A stretch of 64,000 bases of DNA from an uncultured Thermoleophilia bacterium. Lineage in GTDB: Bacteria; Actinomycetota; Thermoleophilia; UBA2241. Of the stretch, positions 48,760 through 58,145 are shown in pieces. The notes below the pieces were generated by a model, which had not been told where the DNA came from, made no database searches, and worked only from the letters and a program-made list of their open reading frames with translations. Numbering within the stretch: position 1 is the first letter of the stretch; the number at the start of each line of letters is the position of its first letter. The position numbers and the translations under genes are program-made. Location: positions 128,001 through 192,000 of the forward strand of contig CAVPCT010000003.1 of NCBI GenBank assembly GCA_963702475.1. Reading direction: 5' to 3'.

Positions 48760-50124
48760 GTGGTCTTCATCACCGAGCAGGAGATCCTCGAGACCGTCAG
48801 CATGATCCGGTCGGAGAAGCTGGACGTGCGCGCGGTCACCATGGGCATCTCGCTCGACGACTGCTCGGAGCGTGACCCGCGGCGTACCGCCGAGCGCATC
48901 CACGCCAAGATCGTGCAGCGCGCCGGGCGCCTCGTGGCCGTGGCCGGCCAGTTGGAGGAGAAGTACGGCATCCCCATCGTCAACAAGCGCGTCTCGCTGA
49001 CGCCGATCGCCGGCGTGGTGGGCAGCGACGACCCCGCCGCCTACGTGGAGGTCGCGCACGCCCTCGACGCCGCCGCCGAGGAGATCGGCATAGACTTCGT
49101 CGGCGGATTCAGCGCCATGGTGCAGAAGGGGCTCACACGGGGCGACGCGGCGCTGATCGAGGCCATCCCGTCGGCCGTCAGCGGCACGCGTCGCGTGTGC
49201 TCGTCGGTCAACGTGGCGTCCACGCGCGCAGGCATCAACATGGACGCCGTGGTGCGCATGGCCGACGTCATCAAGGCGCTCTCCAAGCTGACCGCGGACG
49301 ACGACTGTATAGGCTGCGCCAAGCTGGTGGTGTTCTGCAACGTCCCCGAGGACAACCCCTTCATGGCCGGCGCTCTGCACGGCAGCGGCGAGCCCGAGGT
49401 AAGCGTCAACGTCGCCATCTCCGGCCCCGGCGTGGTGCGCAACGTCGTGCAGAACAACCCCGAGGCCTCGCTCATCGAGCTCGCCGACCTCATCAAGCGC
49501 ACCACGTTCAAGATAACGCGCGTCGGCGAGCTCGTGGCGCGTGAGGCATCCCAGCTCCTCAACGCCCAGATGGGGATCATCGACCTCTCGCTGGCGCCCA
49601 CTCCGGCGGTGGGCGACTCCATCGCCGAGATCCTCGAGAGCATGGGGCTCGAGCAGGTCGGCGCGCCCGGCACCACGGCGGCACTGGCCATGCTCAACGA
49701 CGCCGTCAAGAAGGGCGGCACCATGGCCACGTCGTCTACCGGCGGACTGTCCGGTGCCTTCATCCCCGTGAGCGAGGATGCCGCCATGGCCAAGGCCGCC
49801 GCCGACGGGACGCTCAGCGTGGAGAAACTCGAGGCGATGACGGCGGTGTGCTCGCTGGGCCTGGACATGATCGTGGTGCCCGGCGACATCTCGCGCAACG
49901 CCCTGGCCGGTATGATCGCCGACGTCATGGCCATCGGAATGATCAACTCGAAGACCACCGGCGCCCGGCTCATCCCGGCCTACGGCAAGAAGGTCGGGGA
50001 CTGGGTGAACCTGGGCGGTCTGTTCGGGGCCGGACCCGTGATGGCGGTGAGCACCGCCGGCAACGACGCCTTCGTAGGCCGCGGGGGACGCATTCCGGCC
50101 CCTCTTCAGAGTCTCACGAACTAG
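48760..50124 (+). CDS. DUF711 / UPF0210 PFL-like protein
   Basis: LDVRAVTMGISL, PIVNKRVSLTPI, PEDNPFMAGA, DLSLAPTP, GGLSGAFIPVSED. Confidence 0.93.
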   Translation: MVFITEQEILETVSMIRSEKLDVRAVTMGISLDDCSERDPRRTAERIHAKIVQRAGRLVAVAGQLEEKYGIPIVNKRVSLTPIAGVVGSDDPAAYVEVAHALDAAAEEIGIDFVGGFSAMVQKGLTRGDAALIEAIPSAVSGTRRVCSSVNVASTRAGINMDAVVRMADVIKALSKLTADDDCIGCAKLVVFCNVPEDNPFMAGALHGSGEPEVSVNVAISGPGVVRNVVQNNPEASLIELADLIKRTTFKITRVGELVAREASQLLNAQMGIIDLSLAPTPAVGDSIAEILESMGLEQVGAPGTTAALAMLNDAVKKGGTMATSSTGGLSGAFIPVSEDAAMAKAAADGTLSVEKLEAMTAVCSLGLDMIVVPGDISRNALAGMIADVMAIGMINSKTTGARLIPAYGKKVGDWVNLGGLFGAGPVMAVSTAGNDAFVGRGGRIPAPLQSLTN

Positions 50125-50210
50125 GGGCCGCTCAACAACGCTACGGCGCTTCGCCGCCTACGGGCGTTAGTCCCGCGCCGCTATCCGGGGCTGCCCGCGG
50201 CGCCGGCACC

Positions 50211-51668
50211 TCAGTGTGAGCTCTGCTCCGCGCCGGAGCCGTCCGGACCGGGATCCGCACCCGCGCCGGCCGCTCCCGCGTCGAGTTCACCGCCGGCCGC
50301 GTCGCCCGAGGTGCCGCTGCCGGTCCCGGACCCACCGTCGGCCGCGCCGCCGGTCTCCGGGCCGGCGCCGTCGTCCCCCGGAGCAGGGCTGCCGGTGCCC
50401 GAACCGCCTGCGGCCGTGCCGCCTGTCCCCGACCGCTCACCGGCGCCGCTCCCGGCGGAGCCCCCAGTTCCGTCTCCGTTGCCGTCTCCGCCGTTTCCAG
50501 AGCTGGTCCCCGTGCCCGACCCGCCCTGGCCGGTGCCGCTCTGCGCGGAGCCACCGGCGGACTCGCCGTAGCCGGCGCCGCCCTGCTGTCCCAGTCCCTG
50601 TCCGGCCGCCGCGGATCCGGCCTGGCCCGTAGGGGCGCCCGACCGCTGGCCGTGTCCGAGGCCTGCGCCGGGACTTGCCCATGAGCCCGGGCCGGCGTCG
50701 CTGCGTGCACCGGCGGTCGCGCCGGGACCCGGCGTGTGCACCACGGCCGCGGCGGGCGCGGTACGCGCGGGCCTGGGCAGCTCGTTGGCGGTCTCGCGCA
50801 CCGCTGCTGCCCCGCCGGTGGCGATGGCCGCCCCCGCCACGACGGCCGCGATCTTGACGCCGGCGGCGCTGCCCACCTTGGCCAGCACGCCGGCCACCGG
50901 TGCGGCCGCCGCGGGGATGGCGGCGGCTGGGCTCCCGGCGGCCGGTGCGGCCGACAGGGGCAGCGCGCTCAGCGCTACCGGAGCGGCCGGCGTGAGTCCG
51001 GCCACGGAGGGCGCCTGCAGCATCGTGGGGACCTTGAGGGCTGGCAGGAACGCCGCCAGCCCGGCTGCGGAGATGGTGGTGCCGGCGGGCGCGGTGTCAC
51101 GGAAGGCGCGCTTGAAGGAGGCCCGCGCCCGATGGAGCAGGACGCGGGCGGTCGCGCGGTTCACGCCCATGACGCCCGCGACCTCGTCGGTCTCGAGGCC
51201 GTGCAGGTCCCGCAGGACCAGCGCAGTCCGGTACCGGGGGGTCAGAGAGCCTAAGGCGCTCTCCACCGCGTGCGTCATCTCCGCCGAGGCGAAGCCGTCA
51301 CGGGCGGACGCGATCTCGCCGGCGTCCTCGAGTGGCGACGTCGGTCGTACCGCCTTCCTGCGCAGGTGGTCGTAGCAGGTGTTCACGGTGACTCGATACA
51401 GCCAGGGCTGCGGGTCTCGCATGCCCTTCTCGTCCGGCGGATGCGTGAAGGCCTTGAGAAAGACCTCTTGTGTGATATCGGCCGCTTCATCGCGGTCGCC
51501 GACGATGCGCGCCGCGAGGTTGTAGGTGCGTGCGTGACAGTCGTCCCAGGTCTGCTGGAACCAGACCGTGTCCGGCCCGCTCGTGTCGTCGATCTCGCGA
51601 TGATGGTCTGCAGCGACTGGCCCGGATTCCACATCACGCCTTTCGTCGCGTGGTCCATGCGCGCTCAC
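50211..51668 (-). CDS. ECF RNA polymerase sigma factor with C-terminal hydrophobic and Gly-rich extension
   Basis: AADITQEVFLKAF, WLYRVTVNTCYDHLR, ATARVLLHRAR. Confidence 0.88.
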   Translation of the reverse strand: MSAHGPRDERRDVESGPVAADHHREIDDTSGPDTVWFQQTWDDCHARTYNLAARIVGDRDEAADITQEVFLKAFTHPPDEKGMRDPQPWLYRVTVNTCYDHLRRKAVRPTSPLEDAGEIASARDGFASAEMTHAVESALGSLTPRYRTALVLRDLHGLETDEVAGVMGVNRATARVLLHRARASFKRAFRDTAPAGTTISAAGLAAFLPALKVPTMLQAPSVAGLTPAAPVALSALPLSAAPAAGSPAAAIPAAAAPVAGVLAKVGSAAGVKIAAVVAGAAIATGGAAAVRETANELPRPARTAPAAAVVHTPGPGATAGARSDAGPGSWASPGAGLGHGQRSGAPTGQAGSAAAGQGLGQQGGAGYGESAGGSAQSGTGQGGSGTGTSSGNGGDGNGDGTGGSAGSGAGERSGTGGTAAGGSGTGSPAPGDDGAGPETGGAADGGSGTGSGTSGDAAGGELDAGAAGAGADPGPDGSGAEQSSH

Positions 51669-51822
51669 CCAGTGTACCTTTCGACGTTCGGGCGGTCTTC
51701 CTGGAGGCCGCTCAGCGCCGGCAGTCCCGCACTGAGCGGCCTTCAGCTCGCCGAGGCAGGCCGCCCGGGCGCCGCGGGGAGCGGCTCCCGGGCCGGATGT
51801 GGCCTGCTGCCTCGGAACGGGC

Positions 51823-52152
51823 TCAGGCGGTCAGGCAGCTGCCGTCCTGCAGGTGCAGGCGATCCTGGATCTTGTCCTTGGTGCGAAGCTTGATGGCGGC
51901 GACGGCGGTGCAGGAGCCGTCCTGCCGCCGCTTCTGGGCTTGGGCGCCGTTCTGCGCCTTCTGACCCTTCGTGGCCTTCTGGCCGTTCTGCGCCTTGACG
52001 GCGTCACCCGTGGGGATGCACGTCTGCGACGTGCAGGTGGCGTCCTTGAGCCGCTGCCGGTCCTGTTGGCGCGTCGCGGCGCCGGCGGTAGCCACGCTGG
52101 TGACGAACACTGCGGCGGCGGCAACGACCACAAACGTCTTGGCGAGCCTCAT
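51823..52152 (-). CDS. small secreted protein with three (Q/K)D(G/A)(S/T)C repeats
   Basis: Signal peptide; DRQRLKDATC, RRQDGSC, DRLHLQDGSC; AAGGAGG RBS. Confidence 0.7.
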   Translation of the reverse strand: MRLAKTFVVVAAAAVFVTSVATAGAATRQQDRQRLKDATCTSQTCIPTGDAVKAQNGQKATKGQKAQNGAQAQKRRQDGSCTAVAAIKLRTKDKIQDRLHLQDGSCLTA

Positions 52153-52190
52153 CGGGGTCCTCCTTGGGTTCGTTTGACCCTGTGCACCCC

Positions 52191-52220
52191 GTTCAACGCA
52201 GCAGCCGGCTCAGCGTTACA
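52191..52220 (-). promoter_or_regulatory. putative ECF sigma promoter
   Basis: TGTAAC-N16-CGTTGAAC upstream of the small protein / ECF sigma operon. Confidence 0.55.
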
Positions 52221-52287
52221 CCAAGGCGCGGCGTATCTTTCGTCGGTGCCGGATGGAGGGTCGGAGGGGAAGGGCGAGGTCGCCCTG

Positions 52288-53022
52288 CTACCCGCGGAGG
52301 TCCGTCATCATCTGGCGGATGGCGTCGGCGGACTCGTTCATGCCGAGCGCTCGGGAGATCTTCTCGGCCTCGGCGAGCTGCAGGGCTGCGTCGGTGCGCT
52401 GACCCTGCTCGCGATACCTCGTGGCCTGGTCGATCTCGAACTTGACCAGGTCCTTGAGCATGCGCCGGACCTCGGGGTCGTCGAGGTCGACGACCTTGCG
52501 GCTGGTGGTGACGATGATGTCGGCCAGCGGGACCTTGCGGTCGGGGACGGCCGGGGTCGGCGTAGCGGAGCAGGCGGCCGCGATCCCGGCCGGGCCGGCC
52601 GCTCCCGCCGGGCTGACAGCGTCCTCGTCGTCTGGCGGCCACCACGAGCCACCCGCCGTGCCGCGCAGGTCCTCGCCCGCCCACGCGGGGGCCGAGGGTG
52701 GCGGGACGACGGCGGGAGCGATCTCGCCGGTCGTGTCCTCAGTGAGGGAGACGGGGCCGGCCGGCCGAAACGGGGGCTCGGCGGCGGCCGAGTCGCTTCG
52801 CAGAGCGCGAACGGCCCGTGGCTCCAAGGTGACGTCTTCGACCGGCTCCTCGGCGCGGCCGAGTCCGTCGAACGTGTCCTGCGGCGAGAGGCCGAGGAAG
52901 GAGACGTCGTCCGGCGGCGGCTCGGGCTTGCTTCCGCGCCGCCGGGTGACGACGAGTGCGATGACCAGCAGCATGACCACGGCCGCGGCCACGGCGATGC
53001 CTACGATCTGCACGGTCGTCAT
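52288..53022 (-). CDS. hypothetical single-TM protein
   Basis: N-terminal TM, Pro/Ala linker, helical C-terminus; GGAGAGG RBS. Confidence 0.6.
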   Translation of the reverse strand: MTTVQIVGIAVAAAVVMLLVIALVVTRRRGSKPEPPPDDVSFLGLSPQDTFDGLGRAEEPVEDVTLEPRAVRALRSDSAAAEPPFRPAGPVSLTEDTTGEIAPAVVPPPSAPAWAGEDLRGTAGGSWWPPDDEDAVSPAGAAGPAGIAAACSATPTPAVPDRKVPLADIIVTTSRKVVDLDDPEVRRMLKDLVKFEIDQATRYREQGQRTDAALQLAEAEKISRALGMNESADAIRQMMTDLRG

Positions 53023-53119
53023 GTCGTCTGGGTCCTCTCCCTCGCCGTCAGGTCGGTGTCGCTTGGTGTTCGCTCGTGCCGGTGGGCTTTCCTGTCCGTG
53101 TGCGCCGTACAATGGCAGG

Positions 53120-54151
53120 ATGCTCGACCCCGACACCATCGCGGCCGCCCTCGCGGACCTCCAGGAACCTCCGTACCGGACTCGCCAGGTCTATCAGTCT
53201 CTCACGCGAGGGCTCGTCACGGACTTCACGGAGATTACCACGCTGCCTCTCGCGCTGAGGAGGGCGCTGACCGAACGTCTGTCTCCAGTCACGTTGACGC
53301 CTGTGCGCACCGTCGGTACCCTGCGCGACGCCGCGCTCAAGACGCTGTTCGCCGCCGCCGACGGAGAGCCCGTCGAGGCGGTCCTCATGACCTACCCGAA
53401 GCGGGCGACGGTCTGCGTGTCCACTCAGGTAGGTTGTGCCGTCGGCTGCGCGTTCTGCGCTTCCGGGCGTCTGGGCCTGCACCGCGGGCTCACCGCCGAG
53501 GAGATGGTCGACCAGGTGCTGCACTTCGCGCGCGTCCTGCGGCAGAGAGGACGCGCGGTGACCAACGTCGTCTTCATGGGCATGGGCGAGCCGTTCCACA
53601 ACTATGAGGAGACACTGCGCGCGTGCCGCCTGCTGAACGACCCTGCCGGGTTCGACCTGGGCGCGCGGTCCATCGCCGTCTCCACCGTGGGAGTGGTGCC
53701 CGGCATCGACCGCTTCGCGGAGGAGCCGCTCCAGCTCCACCTGGCCGTGAGCCTGCACGCCGCCACCGACGCGCTCCGCGACAGGCTCGTGCCGCTCAAC
53801 CGCACTCACCCACTCGACGAGGTCTTCGCGGCGTGCGCGCGGTACGTGCGGCGCACGCGGCGCAAGGTGATGTTCGAGTACGTGGTGCTCGACGGTGTCA
53901 ACGACACTGACGAGCAGGCGCAGATGCTGGCGGCGCGCGTGCGGCCGCCTCTCTATCACCTCAATCTGATCGCGTACAACGAGACGGGCGGCGAGTTCAG
54001 GCGGCCTGCGGCCGCACGGCTCGCCGCCTTCAAGGCGCGTCTCGAAGCCGCCGGCGTCGGCGTCACCCTGCGGCGTTCGCCGGGCGAGGAGATCGAGGCG
54101 GCCTGCGGCCAGCTGGCGCTGCGCGCCGCGGAGCCTGCGCCGGGTCCCTGA
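53120..54151 (+). CDS. rlmN: dual-specificity RNA methyltransferase RlmN
   Basis: CVSTQVGCAVGCAFCASG, FMGMGEP, SLHA, AACGQL. Confidence 0.95.
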   Translation: MLDPDTIAAALADLQEPPYRTRQVYQSLTRGLVTDFTEITTLPLALRRALTERLSPVTLTPVRTVGTLRDAALKTLFAAADGEPVEAVLMTYPKRATVCVSTQVGCAVGCAFCASGRLGLHRGLTAEEMVDQVLHFARVLRQRGRAVTNVVFMGMGEPFHNYEETLRACRLLNDPAGFDLGARSIAVSTVGVVPGIDRFAEEPLQLHLAVSLHAATDALRDRLVPLNRTHPLDEVFAACARYVRRTRRKVMFEYVVLDGVNDTDEQAQMLAARVRPPLYHLNLIAYNETGGEFRRPAAARLAAFKARLEAAGVGVTLRRSPGEEIEAACGQLALRAAEPAPGP

Positions 54152-54218
54152 ATCCGGCGCAGGCGCCTCGCCGTCGCGGACGGCCGGCCACGGCGAGACC
54201 GGCCGGCCGGCCGGCGCG

Positions 54219-55193
54219 TCAGTCCTGCGTCCAGGCCCGGCGCAGGTGTGCGGCGGCGGCCACCGGGTCCGCCGCCACCAGGGCGATGTCGGTGCCGAGC
54301 TCGAAGCCGGCGAGTGTCCAGAGGCGGGGAGCCAGCTCGAGGTGCCAGTGGAACGGGCCGCGAAGCTCGGCCGGTGCTGTGTGGAGCCAGAAGTTCAGCG
54401 GTGCGCCGCCGGTCGCCGCGTCGAGGGCGGAGAGGGCGCGGCCCAAGGAGTGCGCGAGCGGCCGCAGGTCGGCCTCGCGCACGTCCGGCTGGTGCTCCTG
54501 CGGCGCCAGCCAGAGTTCGGACGAGAAACGCAGCGCGGCCGGCACCCAGGCCGCCACGTCGCCGTCGTACACCAGGCGGTCGCCGGCGTTCTCCAGCTCC
54601 GCGCAGAGGACGCAGCCGCCGTAGCGGTTGCGGAACCGGGCGAACTCGGCCAGCTCCTCGAGCAGCAGCGGCGGCACGACCGGGGTCGCGAACAGCTGCG
54701 CGTGCGGGTGCGGCTGCGACGCACCGGCCACGGCACCGCGGTTCACGATCAGCGTGGCCGCAGCGGCTCCGTCCTCCAGCTGCCACGCGATGCGCCGTCG
54801 CCACAGCTCGAGCGCCTCGAGAAGCTGGTCCTCGCTGAGGTCCTCGAGCTCCGCGCCGTGGCGTGGGGAGTGCACGATGACTTCGTGTCTGCCCTGCAGG
54901 GCCGGGTACTTGTTGGCGAAGGCCCGCACCGTCCAGCCCGGCGAGTCGGCTGCGCCCCCGCCGGGCCTGACCGCGTCCACTTCCGGCGGGGTGAGGCGCT
55001 CGTTGCCTTCGCAGAACGGGCAGGCGCCGGCCGCGCCGGCCGCGCCCGCCCCGCCGGAGACCACGCCGGCCGCCGCGCGGCCGCCGGACGCATCGTGCGG
55101 ACGCGCGGCTCGCGCCGGCGCCACGATCGCCAGCTTGCCGTTGATCGGATTGCGGCGGAGCTCACCGCCGCGCGACTGCTCGCTCTGCTCCAC
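54219..55193 (-). CDS. galT: galactose-1-phosphate uridylyltransferase-like (HIT/GalT)
   Basis: RAARP, CPFCEGNE, NKYPAL, GASQPHPHAQ, FHWHLE, AGFELG. Confidence 0.82.
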   Translation of the reverse strand: MEQSEQSRGGELRRNPINGKLAIVAPARAARPHDASGGRAAAGVVSGGAGAAGAAGACPFCEGNERLTPPEVDAVRPGGGAADSPGWTVRAFANKYPALQGRHEVIVHSPRHGAELEDLSEDQLLEALELWRRRIAWQLEDGAAAATLIVNRGAVAGASQPHPHAQLFATPVVPPLLLEELAEFARFRNRYGGCVLCAELENAGDRLVYDGDVAAWVPAALRFSSELWLAPQEHQPDVREADLRPLAHSLGRALSALDAATGGAPLNFWLHTAPAELRGPFHWHLELAPRLWTLAGFELGTDIALVAADPVAAAAHLRRAWTQD

Positions 55194-55203
55194 GCGCCTG
55201 ACA

Positions 55204-55941
55204 CTAGTCCGAGTCGAGCGAGGCGTCGAGTGTGAGGCGCGGGTCGTCGTCCTTGGAACGGTAGAGCTGGCGCGCGTCGCGCAGCTTGTCGTAGCCGTCG
55301 TCGAGCACCGCTCCCATGTCGCGCCACAGGCACAGGTCCTGCTTGAGGTGCTTCGCCTTGATCTCCTCGGTGCACTCGTCCACCAGCGGGCACGCGAAGC
55401 ACACCTCGTTCTCCACGGCCGTGGCGCCCTTCTTGGACAGCTCGCCCTCGTCGATGCGCCGGTAGGCGTCGAGCAGGAGCTCCTGGACGTCGCCCTGTAT
55501 GGCGATCTGGAAGTGAGGCATGGTTTCGGGCTCGTCGTAGATGAACACGCCGTTGCGCCAGTGGGCGAGCTCGAACACCTGGTCGGTGGTCTGGCGCTCC
55601 ATGACCTCGCGGATCCTGTCCTGGCTTGTGAAACCGGCCTCGATCAGGCGCTGGCCGAGCGGTTTGAGCTTGCGCTGTTCGCGCGAGAGGGAGGAATCCT
55701 CCATCAGGGCCTCGGCGAGTTGTTGCTCACTGATGCACCCCGCCTTGATCAGCCTTGCCCCCAGCTTCTCGTCGGTGATGGGCAGCGAGATGGCCTCCAC
55801 CCGTCCCTTCACGAGGTAGATGAAGCCGTACTCCTCGAAGTCGCGCACCTCGAGGACGCCGGTGGTCGCGTTCTGGGCGAGGAACTGCAGTACGCTGGCG
55901 AGGCTGAACTTGCGGATCGATCCCTGCAGAAGCATGCGCAT
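55204..55941 (-). CDS. DUF4388 (PATAN-like) domain protein with Cys-rich tail
   Basis: LQGSIRKFSLASVLQFL..TGVL, LGARLIKAG, W.NGVF; CFACPLVDEC..C. Confidence 0.82.
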   Translation of the reverse strand: MRMLLQGSIRKFSLASVLQFLAQNATTGVLEVRDFEEYGFIYLVKGRVEAISLPITDEKLGARLIKAGCISEQQLAEALMEDSSLSREQRKLKPLGQRLIEAGFTSQDRIREVMERQTTDQVFELAHWRNGVFIYDEPETMPHFQIAIQGDVQELLLDAYRRIDEGELSKKGATAVENEVCFACPLVDECTEEIKAKHLKQDLCLWRDMGAVLDDGYDKLRDARQLYRSKDDDPRLTLDASLDSD

Positions 55942-55968
55942 CCCTCACGGTGACCGTGGTCAGTGGGA

Positions 55969-55996
55969 GTATCGGCATGCTCGGGCGAAAGGTTAG
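55969..55996 (-). promoter_or_regulatory. putative sigma-28/WhiG-FliA type promoter
   Basis: CTAA-N16-GCCGATAC upstream of the DUF4388 gene. Confidence 0.5.
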
Positions 55997-56038
55997 GCGC
56001 GCAGCGCCCGGGTCTGGCGCGTGTCCGCGCGACCCAAA

Positions 56039-56068
56039 TTGACCCCGCCTCCGGCGCCTCGGTATACT
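56039..56068 (+). promoter_or_regulatory. housekeeping sigma promoter of the rpmH operon
   Basis: TTGACC-N18-TATACT. Confidence 0.7.
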
Positions 56069-56105
56069 GCGCTTTCTGAGTATCGGCAATCCATGCGAGG
56101 AAGCA

Positions 56106-56240
56106 GTGAAGAGGACCTATCAACCGAACACCCGCAAGCGCAGCAAGACCCACGGCTTCCGCAAGCGGATGAGTACCCGCGCGGGTAGGGTGGTCATCAA
56201 GAAGCGTCGGCAGAAGGGGCGCAAGCGCCTTTCCGCCTGA
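56106..56240 (+). CDS. rpmH: 50S ribosomal protein L34 (absent from the ORF track)
   Basis: [44 protein letters not shown]. Confidence 0.97.
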   Translation: MKRTYQPNTRKRSKTHGFRKRMSTRAGRVVIKKRRQKGRKRLSA

Positions 56241-56249
56241 CGCCGGCCG

Positions 56250-56636
56250 ATGGCCAGCAAGCGTCCCCGTCTCTCCCGGTCTTCGGACTTCCAGCGCATC
56301 TACAGGCAGGGGACGTCGACGGCCTCCCGCTTCCTCGTGCTCTACTCGTTCAAGCGCCCGCCTGAGGCGGGCGCAGAGGGGCCAAGACTGGGCCTGTCGG
56401 TCTCGAAGAAGCTGGGCGGCGCCGTCGTCCGCAACCGTGTCAAGCGTCTGCTCCGCGAGGCCGTGCAGGCCTGCGCGGGGCGGTTGGCTGAGGAGTACGA
56501 TCTCGTCGTGATCGCACGACCGCAACTGCTCGACCTCATCGCGCGCGAGAGCGTCGGTGAAAAGGGGCTGGTCGGCGAGGCCCTGCGGGAGCTCCTCGCG
56601 CGCGCCGGCGTGCTGCGGGAGGCGACCGAGGCGTGA
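56250..56636 (+). CDS. rnpA: ribonuclease P protein component
   Basis: [25 protein letters not shown]. Confidence 0.95.
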   Translation: MASKRPRLSRSSDFQRIYRQGTSTASRFLVLYSFKRPPEAGAEGPRLGLSVSKKLGGAVVRNRVKRLLREAVQACAGRLAEEYDLVVIARPQLLDLIARESVGEKGLVGEALRELLARAGVLREATEA

Positions 56637-56911
56637 AGGCCGTGCCCGGTGTGATCCTCATCGCGTTGATCAGGGTGTATCAGTACACGCTGTCGCCCAT
56701 GCTCGGCCAGCGCTGCAAGTACTATCCCTCGTGCTCCAACTACGCGATCGGCGCGCTGCGCGAGCACGGCGCCCTCCGCGGCATCGGGCTCGCGGCCTGG
56801 CGCCTTCTTCGCTGCAACCCGTTCACCAACGGCGGGTACGACCCGGTCCCCCCGCGCCACCCCGGCTGCGAGCACGACCATCCCGAGGCCAACGTGAGCG
56901 CGCATGTATAA
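56633..56911 (+). CDS. yidD: membrane protein insertion efficiency factor
   Basis: [25 protein letters not shown]. Confidence 0.95.
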   Translation: MKAVPGVILIALIRVYQYTLSPMLGQRCKYYPSCSNYAIGALREHGALRGIGLAAWRLLRCNPFTNGGYDPVPPRHPGCEHDHPEANVSAHV

Positions 56912-58100
56912 CATCCCGGTCATCAGCCAGCTCATCCTGCTGCTGCACTGGGTCCTCGTCACCATCAACGACTGGCTGGCGTCCCTGGGGCTCGGCTCCA
57001 ACTGGACGTGGGGCCTCGCCATCATCGGCCTCACCATCATCGTCCGGCTCATCCTCTTCCCGCTCACGTGGAAGCAGTTCAGCTCGGCCCAGGCCATGCA
57101 GGCCATCCAGCCGCAGCTCAAGGAGCTGCAGAAGAAGTACAAGAGCGACCGCCAGAAGCTGCAGGCGGAGACCATGGCGCTCTACTCGGCGCACCGGGTC
57201 AACCCGTTCGCCTCGTGCCTGCCCATCATCCTGCAGCTGCCGGTCTTCATCGGCCTGTATGCGGCCATCAAGGGGCTCGGGCCCCTGGAGGCGCCGCAGT
57301 ACCAGGCGTCGGTCGAGGCCCTCAACCAGGCATCCTTCCTGTGGATCCCGCAGCTGGGACTGCCCGACCCGTACTACGTGCTGCTCGTCGTCTACGTCGT
57401 GTCCCAGCTGGTCTCCACCGAGCTCATGCTGGTCAATCAGACCGACAAGTCGCAGAAGATGATCATGCGGGCGATGCCCATCATCTTCGTGATCTTCCTC
57501 TGGAACTTCCCGGCGGGCCTCTTCGTGTACTGGGTCACCACCAACCTGTGGACGATCGGCCAGCAGCTGCTCATCCGCAAGGTGATGAAGCCGAAGACGG
57601 CGGAAGAGCTGCAGGCGCGGCCGGCGAAGCGCAGCCGCTTCATGGAGGCCATCGCCTCAGCGGGCGGCAAGGGCTCGCCGCAGACGCGCGAAGAGCTCGT
57701 CGCCAAGCAGCGCGCCGAGAAGGCTGTCGCGTCCGGCAAGGGCGGCTCCGGCAAGGCGCCCGTCAAGGCTCCGGCGAAGGGCGCCGGGGCGAAAACGGGC
57801 GCGAAGGGCGCCGGCTCGGGTCAGGCGGGTACGAAGAAGCCCGCCGGTCAGGCGGGCGCGAAGCAGGGGGCCGCCGCCCAGAGCGGTGCCGGCCAGGGTG
57901 CCGCCAAGAAGGGCGGCCAGACAGCGGGCCGCAAGCCGCCGCCGGGCAAGGGCAAGCGCAAGGCAAGCTCGCAGGGCGGGAGCGGCGGCCCCTCGGCGCA
58001 GCAGGGCGGCGGTGACGGCTCCCAGACGCAACGGGCCGGCAGCGAGAGCGCCCCGGCCCAGGGGCGGGGCACAGACGCGAGTGACACGGCTGGCGGCTGA
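56904..58100 (+). CDS. yidC: membrane protein insertase YidC with long Gly/Ala/Lys tail
   Basis: [34 protein letters not shown]. Confidence 0.94.
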   Translation: MYNIPVISQLILLLHWVLVTINDWLASLGLGSNWTWGLAIIGLTIIVRLILFPLTWKQFSSAQAMQAIQPQLKELQKKYKSDRQKLQAETMALYSAHRVNPFASCLPIILQLPVFIGLYAAIKGLGPLEAPQYQASVEALNQASFLWIPQLGLPDPYYVLLVVYVVSQLVSTELMLVNQTDKSQKMIMRAMPIIFVIFLWNFPAGLFVYWVTTNLWTIGQQLLIRKVMKPKTAEELQARPAKRSRFMEAIASAGGKGSPQTREELVAKQRAEKAVASGKGGSGKAPVKAPAKGAGAKTGAKGAGSGQAGTKKPAGQAGAKQGAAAQSGAGQGAAKKGGQTAGRKPPPGKGKRKASSQGGSGGPSAQQGGGDGSQTQRAGSESAPAQGRGTDASDTAGG

Positions 58101-58145
58101 GCCGCCCGCCGCACCAACGCCACAGGTTGGCAAGCGGAGGCATCC

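Noticed and set aside
55942-56105. oriC next to rpmH
   Set aside because: No DnaA boxes, AT-rich unwinding element or dnaA gene
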